64,000 bases of DNA from Calcarisporiella thermophila CBS 279.70. Lineage: Eukaryota > Fungi > Calcarisporiellomycota. Under the pieces are notes generated by a model that saw nothing but the letters and a program-made list of their open reading frames with translations, was not told the DNA's origin and did no database searches. Positions 39,269 through 52,693 of the stretch are shown one piece after another. The stretch's first letter is position 1. Each line of letters opens with the position of its first letter. The stretch covers positions 93,444 to 157,443 of the forward strand of contig NW_027192194.1 of assembly GCF_041956535.1 (NCBI RefSeq), given 5' to 3'. The position numbers were made by a program, and so were the translations under genes.

Positions 39269-40473
39269 TTAAGATTTCGAGATCAACTCGCGCGAATTAG
39301 GATATACTGCATAGACATAGGTGTGCACCTTTCCATCCTGTTCTTCGTAGTCGACTATTTCCAAGCCAGACAAATGGCCTCCATAGTAGGAGGAGATTCC
39401 CGTGTCAATCAACACATATGCCCCGTTGCAGCGGGAAAGAATCCGGCCGGTCTCGTATTGAGCGGTGTGGCCGGACACGATTCTTGAAACCTATCAAGAG
39501 ATGCGGGCGTGAGTAAGAAGTCGAGAAGCAAGGAGCCAGAGCTGATGGTCAAGTCGTGGCTGAAAAACTCACCTTGAATCCCTCGAGAGTCTTCTTGACG
39601 TTGTCGCACACCTCCTTTTCATTCTTTCCCTGCGCGTGCCCTCGATACCACAGAGGACCTTTGTCATGCAAAACTGGGTCTTTATACTTTTGGTCATCGG
39701 TAGGGTCCATCACTGATGCGCTCACTCTCTTGTTGACCTCATCCAAGCCCACACTGGCCCACATCGGGTGCATGTCCCCATGCGAGAAGAGAGTCGAATG
39801 TGCAATAGTGGTGGCGTTGTAGCGAGGAGAGAGCTGATTGTGAATAAACCCTCCAGGTAGCCAAGCCTTCTTCCGGGCCTCAACCCCCCCAAAGGTATCA
39901 ATTTCTTTTTGGAGGACATAACGCCAGTCGCCGTGGAAGTTCATCAACTCATGATTGCCATAAAGATTGATAACCTAACCATGAAATGTTGTAAATTCGG
40001 GAAAAAACAACGACATAATGAGGTAATAAAATTACCTGTCCTCCAGCATCGCGGGCTTGCTTATAGAGCGAATCAAACATTTTGTAAAGCTTGATCGTGT
40101 CGATCCCTCTGTCTACCTGAAATAACCACATATAAAGGAAAGAGCTATCAATTGGAGTGAAAACCAATGGAATTGGAGCGGCAATATTCCTTACAATATC
40201 TCCAGTCTGCACCAGGACGGTCTTTCCTCCGGTCCACTTGACATCCTCGGTACCAGCTGGATCCGCAACCCCCAGGATTCCAAGCACTTTGACGGCATTG
40301 GCGTAATCTCCATGAATGTCGCCGACCGCAACAAGCCTGCGCTTCCATTGCGATGGGACGGGGGCGGGATCGGCTGTTTGGAGGACATCGACAAGCGGGA
40401 TGTGAGCATAGATTAGAAGAAAAGCAAGAAGCGGGAGAAGGAGGCTTCTTGGTAAGGAGGGGATGGAGGCCAT
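39269..40473 (-). CDS. Metallophosphoesterase, Shewanella-like (SLP/Shelph) PPP phosphatase with N-terminal signal/anchor
   Basis: Spliced motifs GDIHG, GDI|VDRG, GNHE, SHG, GHT, plus the SLP-typical IDTG and GPLWYRG. Confidence 0.88.
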
Positions 40474-42105
40474 TTTGCAGGTCAGTGTGAGATTGCGCTA
40501 GGAGAGAGCAGGAGTTTATATCTCCTGAAGTATGGTGGTGGTCCAAGTGTAATGCTAAATTTACTATCTAGCACGAGAATGAGCCCCATTACATAATTGG
40601 CTCGTTTAGGTTGATTGTCTAGAGGCAAGATCGGATCGCCAATCAGGAATTACCTCCTGTGAAAATGGGGGTGAGGCAAATGCTCGGTACTTAACTCTGG
40701 ACCCAAACCAAAGGCCGGATAGCCTTGAATGCGGCCGACTTGGACACGCACCCACTGGCGCTCGATCTGCCGAAAACTTGGCCGAACAAAATCCAAATCT
40801 CAAGTTCCTTTTCTAAAGCCTTAGACAATTAGGATCTCATTTCCTCTCCTCTCTCAAAGACAAATTAACACTGATTCCTCCCCCCTTTCATATGCTCAAC
40901 TCCGCATGGTGTCACTGAGAGCCTACTCAGAGTAGTTGGGATATTAAGCTTCAAACCTATAATGCTCCATGCTCCATCAACGCGGGATGTAGGCTCCAAT
41001 AAAGGCGGGTCTAAAGAAACAACTAACCTCTAGCCCTTCTCCTGCACCCTCAGGCGACTACAAGCTGGCCAGCCAGATCGCACGCATACTTCGAAACTCA
41101 AGAGAAGCTTACTCAATTCCGAATTCCCTGGTGGAAAAGCTGCTCAAACTCCTGATCTTTCCTCCCCGGACCATGTCGTTATGTAAGGATTTAGAGTTGA
41201 GCCAGCAAAGCGTCATGAACGACAGGGAACACGAATGGGGAAGTGCGATGGTTATCCCAGATGTATCACTTATTCTAGATTCGTTCGGATAACGGATGCA
41301 CGCAGTGGGTGCGCCCAGCGTCCTGGTCAAGATTCCTAGCCACGTCGATGCGCGACGAGCTCGCACATTGGTTCCCAGGAACTCTATTTTCAATGGAGGA
41401 TCGAGACTTTTAGCTCGGCCAATTCATTGGCGTGTTACTAATACTGAAAGGAACTAGCAAACAACTCTGGGGGATAAAATTTATTAGCATTGTTTTCGAA
41501 GAGTTAATTTTCGGCCAATGCCCCCTTTTTTGCTATATCGGATACAAAATCTGCTTACGGCGATGTGTGGCAGTGTGGGAGTGCCGGATTAAGGCGCCCG
41601 TCTAGACTTGAGTGGAAAGGGATGGGTATCGTTGCTCGAGCTTTTCTTTTATCTTGTAGGAGACTTTCGCTCGATGATTCAACAGGGTTATTCTTATGTT
41701 TGAAAAGCTATTGGGGAAATATCGAGAGAATTAATAGAGCGTAGGTCCCCAAATACATATCTCATCTCGCAGAAAAAGTATGAGCAAGTTTTCTGTCAAC
41801 TATGACCCGCCTTGATCTTATTAAAGACCAATTTTTGACCTTTTATTTTTACTGTCACTCTTTCTCTAATATGATCTAAACCATCAACAATAATAAACGC
41901 CTTCAATTGAATACGGGTATAATAAGCAAATATCAATTATATTAACGTAAGAAAATATTCCCTATGTACTGTATTTTAAGGTTTATTAAAAGAACTCCGG
42001 CCAATTGCATCATGATAGCTCTAAAGCAATTTAGGATTCTGATTCCTCATCTTAAATTCCCTTTTATTGTCAATGCCAATAGATTAGAATAATAGATCAG
42101 GAGCA

Positions 42106-42685
42106 ATGGCGGCAGTAGAGCCTCTTACCATGTTTATTATTATTCGAAGAGATCTGATTAAAGTAAGTCTGTTGTATTTCTCACCGCTGCGAAGCATCTC
42201 TATAATTATTTTTGCAATCCATGATGCCAGTCATTAGGATGGAACACTGGAAGGTGACTTTTTTTGTCCTACATTTTGATCCCAAAGACCTAGCATTCAA
42301 TTTTCTCCTTAGCGTAATCGCACAAGCTTCTCACGCCAGCACCGCTGTCCTCTGGCAGTACAAGGATACCCCCGCCACCCAAGAATATCTCTCCAACCTC
42401 GACACTATGCATAAAGTCGTTTTAGAGGTAATTCACCCTCTACCACCCCCTGAACCGGTCTCTTGCTTTGGCTTCTCACTTTAATTCTTCTTTATTTATA
42501 TCATCATAAAGACAAAAAATCTTGACACGCTCCAGTCAATTGCCTCCTCCCTAGAGCAACTCAACGTGCCGCACAAAGTATGGATTGAGCAGCCCGAGAA
42601 CTTTGCCACCTGTCTTGCTACTGCACCCATTCACCGGACGCCAGAGCTTAAGGCAGCATTGAAGAAATGCTCACTGTTTAAGTGA
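42106..42685 (+). CDS. Peptidyl-tRNA hydrolase 2-like protein PTRHD1
   Basis: Spliced MFIIIRRDLIK|SLGWNTG|SVIAQASHAS...MHKVVLE|...HKVWIEQPENFATCLATAP...LFK*. Confidence 0.88.
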
Positions 42686-42701
42686 TAATGGAATAAAGAG
42701 G

Positions 42702-43477
42702 TCATGGCTGCACATCATCGCAGAAGCGTTCGAGATCCTATTTTTTTTTTGGATTGGAATTCGTAAGTGCAAAATAAGGGACAATATAAATGGTGGGGTA
42801 GTACTTGAAGACTATGGGAGACTTGGCTAAGTATTGGGTCAGTTGCGTCTGGCTCACATGGGATGGCGCGGAGCTGGGCATCGAGTCTAATGTGTGTATG
42901 AGAAGGCTAGCATCGAAAAATAAAAAAAAAGAAAACCAAAAAGAGGCATACTCTTGGAGGGCCGGAAGATAGACCTCTTCACATTTCCTCTCCATCTCTC
43001 TAATCTCCTGATCCATTTTCATTTCAGCGTCTTCCAGGGCTTTTAATGCCTGCGCAAGATTTCTTCGTGACGATCCTTCCTATAAAACCTATACCTTAGC
43101 TTGTCATACTCATGCTCTGCTTCCAAGACGAAATAAAACAACCTTTTCCATCGGGCGATCATCTTCATTTTCGAACATGTCCTTCTCCTCCTCGTCCTCT
43201 TCTTCCTTCGCACCCAGCTCGACCTCAACACGAATGTTTTTCCTGACAGTCTCGCGAATGCGATTGCGTTGGTCCTGGAACTCACGGTAGAGCTCTTTTA
43301 TTTGTGGGGTATTCCTAAGCTTAAGATTAGCGAAATAGAAAAGGGGGGGGGGTGGAATGCATGTAGTCGATACCTAAATGCTATCGGAAACATACTGACG
43401 AAGGACTGTAAGGTGATGTTGTCATGCAGCTCATTTCCTAGCAGGAAGGATAGGAGTAAAGTTTCTTCAGTCGACAT
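42702..43477 (-). CDS. Kinetochore Cnl2/Nkp2-family protein (multi-exon; 3' end approximate)
   Basis: Spliced MSTEETLLLSFLLGNELHDNITLQSFVSMFPIAF|RNTPQIKELYREFQDQRNRIRETVRKNI resembles the Cnl2/Nkp2 N-terminus. Confidence 0.7.
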
Positions 43478-43605
43478 CCTGAATCTATGGTTTCAACGCG
43501 TTCGAAAGATAAAAGGGAATAATCTGCTTTTATTTCGTGTGGCTGCTAAAATTCGCGTTGAACTGCCCCTATTAATTTTCATTGATCTTTTTCCATCGAC
43601 GATAA

Positions 43606-45125
43606 ATGGCATTAAAAACCCCCATTTTCCCCCTCTCTCTCCCCACCACCGGAGCCGTCTCATTCTCAGAATTTTACGACGCTGGTGAGGATCATGCCCT
43701 TAATCACCTTCTTTCCGATGCAACGACTTCAAGAGGGAAATTACGCATGTGTCTCAAAGAGGCCAAGCGGTCGGGGGAAGAATCCAAAGATGTTGTTGGG
43801 ATCATCAAGGTACACCTTTCGATTGAGTTGTTTTGTCTGGCATGCAAATAATTGCGCTAATGAGCTTAAGGGATGAGTAGGCCATCGATGAATATCTTCC
43901 GCTCATCCTCGGGATCGTCGCGACCGTAGAAAAGAAAACTCTCCAGCAGAAGAAGGAATTAGGTAAGGAGGCTAGCCAAGAGTTTCTCCGCTGTCTGGAT
44001 TTCTATCCTTACCAACGAATCTGTCTACAGAAACGTCCTGGCGGTGCACCCTCTCTTCTGGAGTCCTGAAACAGAAGCAGCGGGTGTCTTGTAAATCCCT
44101 GTATTTTGAACTCACCTTTATATTTCTCACCTACGGATACGCAATGAGGATGTGGGCCCAGGTCCTCTCGGTCCTATCCACTGAAGACAAGGCCGAGGTG
44201 CGGTACAACAAGGTAGCCAAAAATTGTCGAGAACGCTAGATAGGGAAAGCAAGTATTCTAATCCAAGGGTATTGGATCCATAGAGTGCAGATCATCTATG
44301 TCAAGCGAGCGGAATTTTTGCGCACATTGCCGACACAATATGCCCAAAGTGGTCGCAGACGGGTAAGCCTGCCGACGTGCAAAAGGAGGTTGTCTTTGCG
44401 CTTTCAAGGTAAGCAGCCAAGTTACGATTCACCCATTGAAGCCATTTTGACCAACCCGATTTTGCGACGTGCTATACTAGAGTATGCGTAGCAGAAGCGC
44501 AAACGATGGCCATCAACAAAGCCCTGTTGCTTCCCCGCACCTCCAATTCCCTGCTTGCCAAGCTCCTGCTCGGAGTAGCAAGCGAGTTCGAGGCCGCCCA
44601 TTCGCAACTCCAGTCCATCAAATCACAGTACGATATATGCCAAGAGTTTCAACGCTACACCTCGGAGTCCATCCACTTCTATCGAGCGCTGGGCATGAAG
44701 TATCTTGCGCTCGACGCGAATGCGGCCCAGAAGATTGGGGCGTCGGTTGGGTTCTCGAGAGAGTCGAAGGCCGTTTTTCACGCTCTGACGAAGAGCAAAC
44801 TGGGGGTGGTGAGTGGAGCGGCCGCGGTGCAGGAACGCGAGGTAGAGGAGATGCTGGGGGCCTATAAGCGGCAGAATGATACGGTAATGAATCGGAGAGA
44901 AAACTAGATGCAGCTCCAGTCCTTCCTGGCATTTTTAACCCCTTTTCTTGCTCATCCCAGGTCGCTTTCCAACCAGTTCCTGAAAAATCTGCCGTGCAAA
45001 CCCTCATCCCCAGTGGCCGTAGCATCGTCAGTGTAAAAGCATTTGTACCCCCACGGCACTCGTTCGACCCGACCCCAGAAGACGAGAACAAGCCAAGTTA
45101 TGCTCTCGCAGGGGCCTACTACTAG
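43606..45125 (+). CDS. palC: pH-signalling protein PalC (Bro1-like domain)
   Basis: N-terminal LPTTGAVSF, YKRQNDTVAFQPVP, IPSGR and C-terminal YARAGAYY* are characteristic of fungal PalC. Confidence 0.85.
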
Positions 45126-45791
45126 CGGTTTAGTTGGCATTCCTTTTTGTTCCTCCCGAGTTTTGTACAATGCTGTTTCCCTTGTGTATTCCTATCTGGA
45201 GGTGAGCATACCCGGAGTTAGGGCCATAGTGCATCTTGGTGCTCTCGGCATCCATTCCCTCCACTGCAATGCCCACCCTTGGTGAGCTAGGCGGGAGCCG
45301 TTTGCAATACCAAATAAACGACATGATTTCAAAGCGAAATATTAGAGTCACAGAGAATGAAAAATGCCACCCCATCATGCTGGGTAGGGTTGACCATACC
45401 TATAGAGTCAAAAGCACAACTTTAGCCCATTATTCTCGAGCATGTTCTTGTGGCCATACTCGAGGATATCTTTCAAACTCCCCCCCCCCCCCTTATTTCC
45501 TCGGTTGAATCTAGAAAAAATCGTATCTTTCCACCTCTCGTTTCAGCCTCCACTAACTTTGGGAGGATAGAATAGCTAGCTCGCAGACACATGAAAGTGC
45601 CTATGGCATGAATGCGAAAATGATATGCAAACAGGCAGCACAAGCTTTTAAAGTATGTGTCCCTGGTAGCATAATGTTTTTTTAGTTGATATTTTATGAG
45701 GGGCTACCCTCGGCCATGCAGCACGCAGTAAGTATATATTTTTTTTATTCGAGAAAATAAAAGCGAATTAAAAAACATTCAACCGAATATT

Positions 45792-46567
45792 TTAGAAGCG
45801 CATAAGGTGAGGTGCCTGACCCTTGCTGAGTGAGAAAGATGCCTGCAAGTAGGTGCGGAGGTGGGGCACCTTGTTGATGGCAGAGAGCAGCTCCTTGTCG
45901 AGCGCCTTCTGGATGGCGACCTTGGACTCGGCAAGGGGAGCCTTCTTCTTCTCACCCTCGAAGAACTCCTCCTCGGTGGCCTTCTTCTTGGCCTCCTTGG
46001 CCTTCTTGAAGTAGGCGTCATCGAGCTGTTCGTCCAGCTACCATGAGAAACAGGGGAGGTAAGTGGAGAGGGGACCTAGGAAGCAACGAAAGAAACACTT
46101 GCCTTGATGCCGGAGATGTCGACCTTGGTGGAGGTGGCGATGACATACGCCTGGTTAACACGCCTCAAGGGAACGCCGTTGGCCTTGAAGGGACCGGTCA
46201 CGAGGAGCAGACCGCTGGGGAGCTGCTTCAAGAACACAACACGCTTGCCACGGAACCGACCCGCCAACAGAATAAGGACGGTACCGGGGGTGATGGTGGA
46301 GCGCAATTTGGCGGGGCGCACGGACTTGCGCGACTTCTTGGGGGCGGCAATGTCCTCGGCGGGGTAGAAGCGCGGGGCCTTGTTGAGGGGAACCAGGCGG
46401 GAGCCACCATTCTTGTCACCACCAACAGTCACCTTCTTGACGAGCTCAGGAGCAGGTGCGGCGGCGGGAGCGTCCTTCTTCTGGCGCTTGTAGAGACCCT
46501 TCTTGGCATAGAGGGCAGAGCGCGAGAGGCGAGGGATGCCGGGAGTCAGAAAGCTATTCCTGGGCAT
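45792..46567 (-). CDS. RPL6: 60S ribosomal protein L6 (eL6)
   Basis: [63 protein letters not shown]. Strong codon bias. One coding intron and a probable 5'-UTR intron at 46572-46912. Confidence 0.97.
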
Positions 46568-47578
46568 GATTCTACGTAAAAACAAGGAAAAACATGGTTA
46601 GATCGATGACTACGAATCTAAATGGTATGTGGATCGATGCTCTCTATGTCCCCCCCGCCCCTGCACCAGTGTTGACTTCCACTTCCAACCCTCTCCCACC
46701 CATCCCGTGCTGCATTGCCTTTTCATCAAAAGACGCCAAGGCAAATGCGTCATGGATGCCTAAATAATCTTGGGCTCCTCCCCCATACGGCCAACTCCAA
46801 ACAAAGGTCATCAATCCATCCATCCACACTATCCTCATCAGATGCAACCCATCCATCCGACTCTCTATCCACAATGCCCATCCCCACCATTAGTTCATGA
46901 ATAGATACTCACCAAGAGCCTCGATCTTATAGAAGAAAAAGAGGGGAAGAGGAGGAAACCAATACTCCCCCGAGTTCCCTTTGAAAAGTAGGGATGCGAG
47001 TCGTCTAAGCCACTGAAACCAGGAAATGTCGCCTGCTGTTAGACCTCCTCTTAAACCTGAGAGTCACTCTCAGCTGATTGGTCAGGGGAAGCATAGCTCT
47101 TTTATCGTGAAGAACTAGAGCCCCCGTCATTCATGCTCGGTCCATATGGTTGCAAGAACCAAAACTCTCCCAACGGTTATGTTGGATTTACATTGGATAC
47201 TCTTTTTTTTTCACGAGCAATGGGAAAATTGACGCTCTCAGTTGCTTTCTAATTCACTGGATATCATAAGGATTTGCTTTATGACACCCGGGCTCGGGTT
47301 TGCAATTAGGCCATAAGAGTACCTTTAAAAATTAGCACTATAATGTTTTGCGGATGGAAAGATTCATCTTGCAATTAATGGACTGGGCTAAAAGCTCAAT
47401 ATTAAAGGTACCATGTTACCCATGTTATACAACATTATTTATTCAATATAAAAAAACGAAAATATGATAAAAGATTAGTTGCTTGCAAAAAGGATAGCCC
47501 AGCTCAATTTCAGCTCCAATCCCCACGGGTGTTCTTTTCCAATAGACAGCCTTGTCCCGAATAGAAGGCCAAGGCCTT

Positions 47579-48686
47579 TCACCAGTTCGTATCCTCCACC
47601 TTAAGCACGACCTTGCCGATGGCTTTTCCGGCCTCTACGAATTCATGCACTTTCTTCAAGTTCTCAAGATCGAATCGGAAACGCTGGGTGGCCGTGGTCT
47701 GGATCTCACCCTTGTCCACCCGGCGGGAAATCTCATCGAGAATTTGCGCTTGAGTCTCAACGTCCACGCCAAATAATGATTTGGTGTACATAACCTCCCA
47801 TGAGAACGAGACGGACTTCATTGCCTATAAAAAAAAACAGGCAGTCCATTTAACGTCGGAAACACGAAGCAATAAACACCCGCTTCGGGTTTACCCATTT
47901 TGCAAGAGAGATAGCGTCGCTAAGGGGCACAATGCTGACAACGTGTCCAAAAGGCTTCACAAGGTCAAACGCTTGCTCGACATAGTGTAGGCCGTCATAG
48001 CAGATGAACACATAGTCCACGGCGATCCCGGCCTTCTCGAGTTGGGGGCCGAGAGGCTCGCGATGATTGATAACGTGGGTCGCCCCCCGCGACTTGCAAT
48101 AGTCGATGGTTTCGGGGCGGGAAGCAGTGGCGACGATGGTGGAGAGATTAAGGACCTTGGAGGCAATACTGATTGCGATGCTGCCAACGCCTCCTGCTCC
48201 CGCGATAATCAGAATGGATTTCGGATTCTTCTGGGCGGAGGTGGCGACGGGGATGTGCATTCTTTCGACCATGACCTCCCACGCGGTCAAAGAGGTGAGA
48301 GGAAGGGCGGCCGCATCCTCCCAGCTCAACGATTTTGGCTTGTGGCCGGTGATGCGCTCGTCCACCAGCGTGTATTCTGCGTTGGTACCAGGCCGGGCAA
48401 TCGAGCCGGCAAAGAACACTTCATCCCCAATCTTGAAGCGCGTCACCTTCTCCCCCACCGCCTCCACCGTGCCCGTCGCATCCCATCCGAGAATGATGGT
48501 CTCGTCGGTGACGCCCAACGCTTCAGGCGCGTTCCGCACCTTAATGTCCACTGGATTGACCGAGACGGCCTTAATCTTCACGACGAGGTCATGCCCGGTG
48601 GCGTTTGGCTTCGGGACCTCGACGACCTTGAGCACAGACGAAGGGCCTTTCTCCGTCTGAGCAATGGCTTTCATCAATTGTGTCAT
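47579..48686 (-). CDS. Zinc-type alcohol dehydrogenase-like / quinone oxidoreductase (MDR superfamily)
   Basis: VKIKAVSVNPVDIKVR, ILGWDATGTV, AAALPLTSLTAWE, GAGGVGS, GKAIGKVVL. One intron near the 3' end. Confidence 0.92.
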
Positions 48687-50858
48687 TATTTTTCGAGAGA
48701 GAGTTTGGGAGCGAGAAAGAGAGAGTCTAAAAAATGAGCAAGTTGAAAGGAGTTCACACGCCGTCTTAGTTCACGTTGATTTATATCCACTCAGACCTAG
48801 TCTATGGAATCATCATTTTTTTACTTCTAATTCCAATTTCAGTACCAGGGATCCATCCCGGTCTTACCTGCAGCTGTTTAATTCAGGGAGTTTGGAATGA
48901 TACCCACTGCTTCTGCCTCTCCTGCACCCTATTTAAATGGTTTTAGAAGGGAAGGATGAAGAAGCGGACGACAAGCGGAGCTGACTCCGGCCGATAGATA
49001 ATTGGCCTCCGCTTGCGACAATGACGGTTGATATCCTAGTTCATTAATAAGCTTGCTTGAAATTATGGTGTCTCTTTTCTAATTCCCGCCGGTGGCACAC
49101 TATTTCTAAGCATACCTCAGTCGATGACGTGCTCCATTTCCATGATTTCGTGTGCCCTTCCAAGATTCTAGAGCGTGGATTGAGAAATTGCATTGAGGGA
49201 AGGGGATAGTTTAAGGCTGGCCCAGATTCACCCGATAGGAAATTCTACCGAAGAACTGACCATGCATCTTACGACCACCTCCAGTGATCAGTGCAGGAAT
49301 TCTCCAACTCACCCGAACCTTCATTTGGGCACACGTGTATACTATTTACCTTTTAGTCGATTTACAGTAGAATTCTCGAGGAAGATGGGAACCAAGGGCG
49401 ATTTGGCCTCTGCCGTCTCCGTCTTGACATCTTATCAAGCCAGTGTGATCTATTACAATAGCACTTCCAAGATAAGGGAAAGGAGCCTCGAAATTTCTTT
49501 TCTTTTTTAAGGTGGACACACGCTAATTATGGATGTGGGTCATCCTGCCTCTTTGTCCTTAACTATGGCTTCAAGAAGTGCGCCAACTCTCTTAACGAGT
49601 CTTTTTTATCATGTTTTGGAGAGGTTGCCAGGTGCCGAGATAAGATCCACGACAACCCCATGGGTTGTGGGTCCAATTAAGTGGAGACACAAGGAGGGGA
49701 ATGAGAAAGGTTCGCGGGAGGAGCAAAGTAACCAGGCGATATTGGCATCAGTGAGCTCGCGCAGGCGGATGTGAAATCGCCTGGTACAACCTTAAACAAG
49801 TATACCTTCACCTCTACAACGCAGGTCGCTTGAGTGATTGCATTGAGCACAGTAGTCCTAGGATGAATGAGTAGCTGCGTCCTTTGCCACTTCTATCCGA
49901 ATCCAATCTGTCACATGGAATAGGGACCTGAGCCTAATTGGCTGGGAAACAGAAAGACGTGGTTGCTAAGCCATCGCCTCCCCGCCACCCTGGAAACCTT
50001 TTCACCGTGGAAACTCCATGCAGGCTGGCCTAAAATAAACGCGGGCGGCGGTGAGGATGGGGGTGGCCCTGGAGACAACTTTCTTTGAAGAAGGTTCCCA
50101 CCGGATGCAGAGTCATCCATCGGCTCCCTGCCCCAATCGAGCCCATCCACTCAAATTTGGCTTTCCCCACGCTCAGGCCCTCTTCGTAAGGGCCAATCTT
50201 GGGTGTTAAGGCCACATGCGCCCGCCCGCCGTGCAGTAGAATATCAAAGCTCCTGCCATACTGGTACGGATACAAGGCACACGCCTCCCCCCCTTTCCCC
50301 TCTTGACAACCTCTCCTCGCATCCCACCACGTGGCAGCTGCAGCATGCCATTGAAGGGTACAGCACAGGTTGTCTAATTCGGAGGGCGCCGAACGAGGGT
50401 GTCCACACGTCGCTGTATTGAATGAAGAAGGGATTTTGTTTGGTTTACTCGGCCATCACCATAGTACAGCGGAACTGCTTAATCCTCACCTCTCCCTTTT
50501 CCAGGCTCAAAGTCATGTGCTTGAACTGATTTATTACAAAAAGAATATGAAATGGGTTGACACCATGCGTTGAAATCAAAGAAACTAGAAATATTTTCTC
50601 TTCAAAAGACAAAAGCCAAGGAAAATAGTATGTAGATAGAGGCAATGCGTGCGATAAAAGAAAGAAAGAGTGGAGGATGTTGATGAAAGAAACAAAATAA
50701 GAAGGAAGGAAGGAGAGACAGGATGGAAGGAAGAATGAGAGACAGAGAAAACAAGTGAAATAATGTATATACAAAACAGTAGAAAAACGAGCGCCGCCAT
50801 AGCGAATGTAAGTACAACAGAGCAGAGCAATACAAAATACACCAGGGTGATATAAATA

Positions 50859-51558
50859 TTAAAAGTGACATTTTGATCCAAAGAAGCAGTAGACTCCTAT
50901 CAGCGAGAGCACATGCAGCAGTAGTAGCCAGGGCTGGTATTGTCGTGCATGGCGCACGCTCTCCCTTAGCCGCCTGGCTCTATGGCACTCCCCCCTCAGC
51001 AGCCAGTCCCAAGCCTTCTCCTCGCCAGGCAGCGACTGCTCGTCATGCTCCTCGTCCAGCACATCCGATATCGCCAGGTCGCCCTCGCTGCTATCGAAAA
51101 TGCCCTCGTCGACCTCGCCGCCCTCCGCATACTCGTCCTCCTCGGCGTCGTAGTCGTCATCGTCCTCGTCGTCACGCGAGGACGACAATGAAATGGCGTC
51201 GCCGTGATTGAGGGTTCGGAAGTCCACCTCCAAGAAGGTGCTGGTTAGGAAGGTAGCAGGAACAGCCGACTCCGCCTGCAGAGCATGGACGTCGCAGGGC
51301 CATAGGGAATGCCCATTTGACATCTAGCAAAAGAGCATGTCAACCAGGACGGGTCAGCGTTAGCCGAAGAATGGGTTTCGGGCCGGGAATTGAGCCACTT
51401 ACCAGGATGATGAAACCAATGAGCCCCGCCGTCATGAGGGAGAGGAAGACGCATCCGGCCAGCAGCCAGACCCTGGTCGAAGGGGGTCTATGGATGCTCA
51501 CGATTTTTGGATTTTCGGGAAGAGATTCGAGATCGAGTTTGAAGTGCACCACCTTCAT
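50859..51558 (-). CDS. Hypothetical two-TM membrane protein with acidic loop (2 exons)
   Basis: Exon 1 ends in the hydrophobic VWLLAGCVFLSLMTAGLIGFIIL|GTAAGT. Phase-0 intron to exon 2, which has a D/E-rich segment and a C-terminal hydrophobic WLLLLHVLSLIGVYCFF. Confidence 0.55.
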
Positions 51559-52693
51559 CACGTTGTAAGGGTCGAGGGGGAGGGAAAGGAGAATGAATGG
51601 GTTTATAGAGGATGGTAAACAGAGCGACGGAGCAAGCCGATAGAAGAATAGAAGAAGAGGGGTTGCAAGTCAGAAAGTAGCACGCAGGTGAGATTTTTCC
51701 AGTTCTAGCAAAAAAGATTGTGTGACGGAAACTCAATAATACATAGAGTCGACTGGCGGGATCACTTGAAAAAGAAAACATCATAAAATTCTTTCAGCAA
51801 AAATGATCAACACAGCTGGGGCTAGGGGCTTGGCCCCCCCCTTACAAGGATAAACGTTATGGAGTGGGGAGGGGGGGGAATTGGGGAGGGGCAAGGAGAT
51901 CGCCTTGCCCCATTTGAGGATAACTGCTTCCTCGCCTTTGCCGGCGATGGGGCCGGTGTATCCACTCCAGCGGCCTTGTTCCTCCCATTGCGTCCTAGCC
52001 ATTCTAGGTTTATTGCCCGACCCATTAGGTTTAGGCTTGCCATCAAGCTCCTCTTCCAGCCATAGCGGGCGGGGATGCTCTATCTCAGCGCGGCTGCATT
52101 GCCTCTCCTCCGCGATGGCGGCCAGCCCCGTGCGGGGGCCTCAGGGGAAGCGGGCAAGGCTCGCCAAGCATGCAGGCTGCCAGCCCTCACCGGGCGGAAG
52201 CACTGCTCGATTGCGGAAGCCAGGCGGCGGTCTGTCGGTTAGGGTTCCAACAGAGGCCCAACCACTTGTGCATGCAGCCTGATTGGCGGCGCTCCAGTCA
52301 AGAGGAGTGCCAAGCAAAATATCACGTAAAATAAAATTAACCATAAATATGCGACTGTGGCCAGTGAGCAGTAAAAATAGATCACATCGGCTAAGGAAGC
52401 CAAGAGCGCACTAAGCCCCCCATTTCATACTCCACATTTCCGGGTAGATTCCAAATGGAATCTTCATCTCAGAAGCGCATTGGATATGAGCTGGCCTTCC
52501 AGCATAAATTGCAGGCTAAAAATGAGGAGGACGTGGCTTGGCTGTCCCCCCCTCTCCCTTCTGTTTTTCTTCTGCTTTCCTTCTTCTCCCATTATTAATT
52601 CTCCAGATAAAGCAATATTAAACTAGCTTATTACAAACACAACCATCGCTGAAACTTTGCATATACAAAAACAGTCAAAGACACTGAAAGCTT

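Noticed and set aside
41100-41135. RNase P RNA CR-I/CR-V-like sequence (actcaattccgaattccc)
   Set aside because: No complementary P4 partner found at a suitable distance on either strand. The 40.5-42.1 kb gap remains unexplained.
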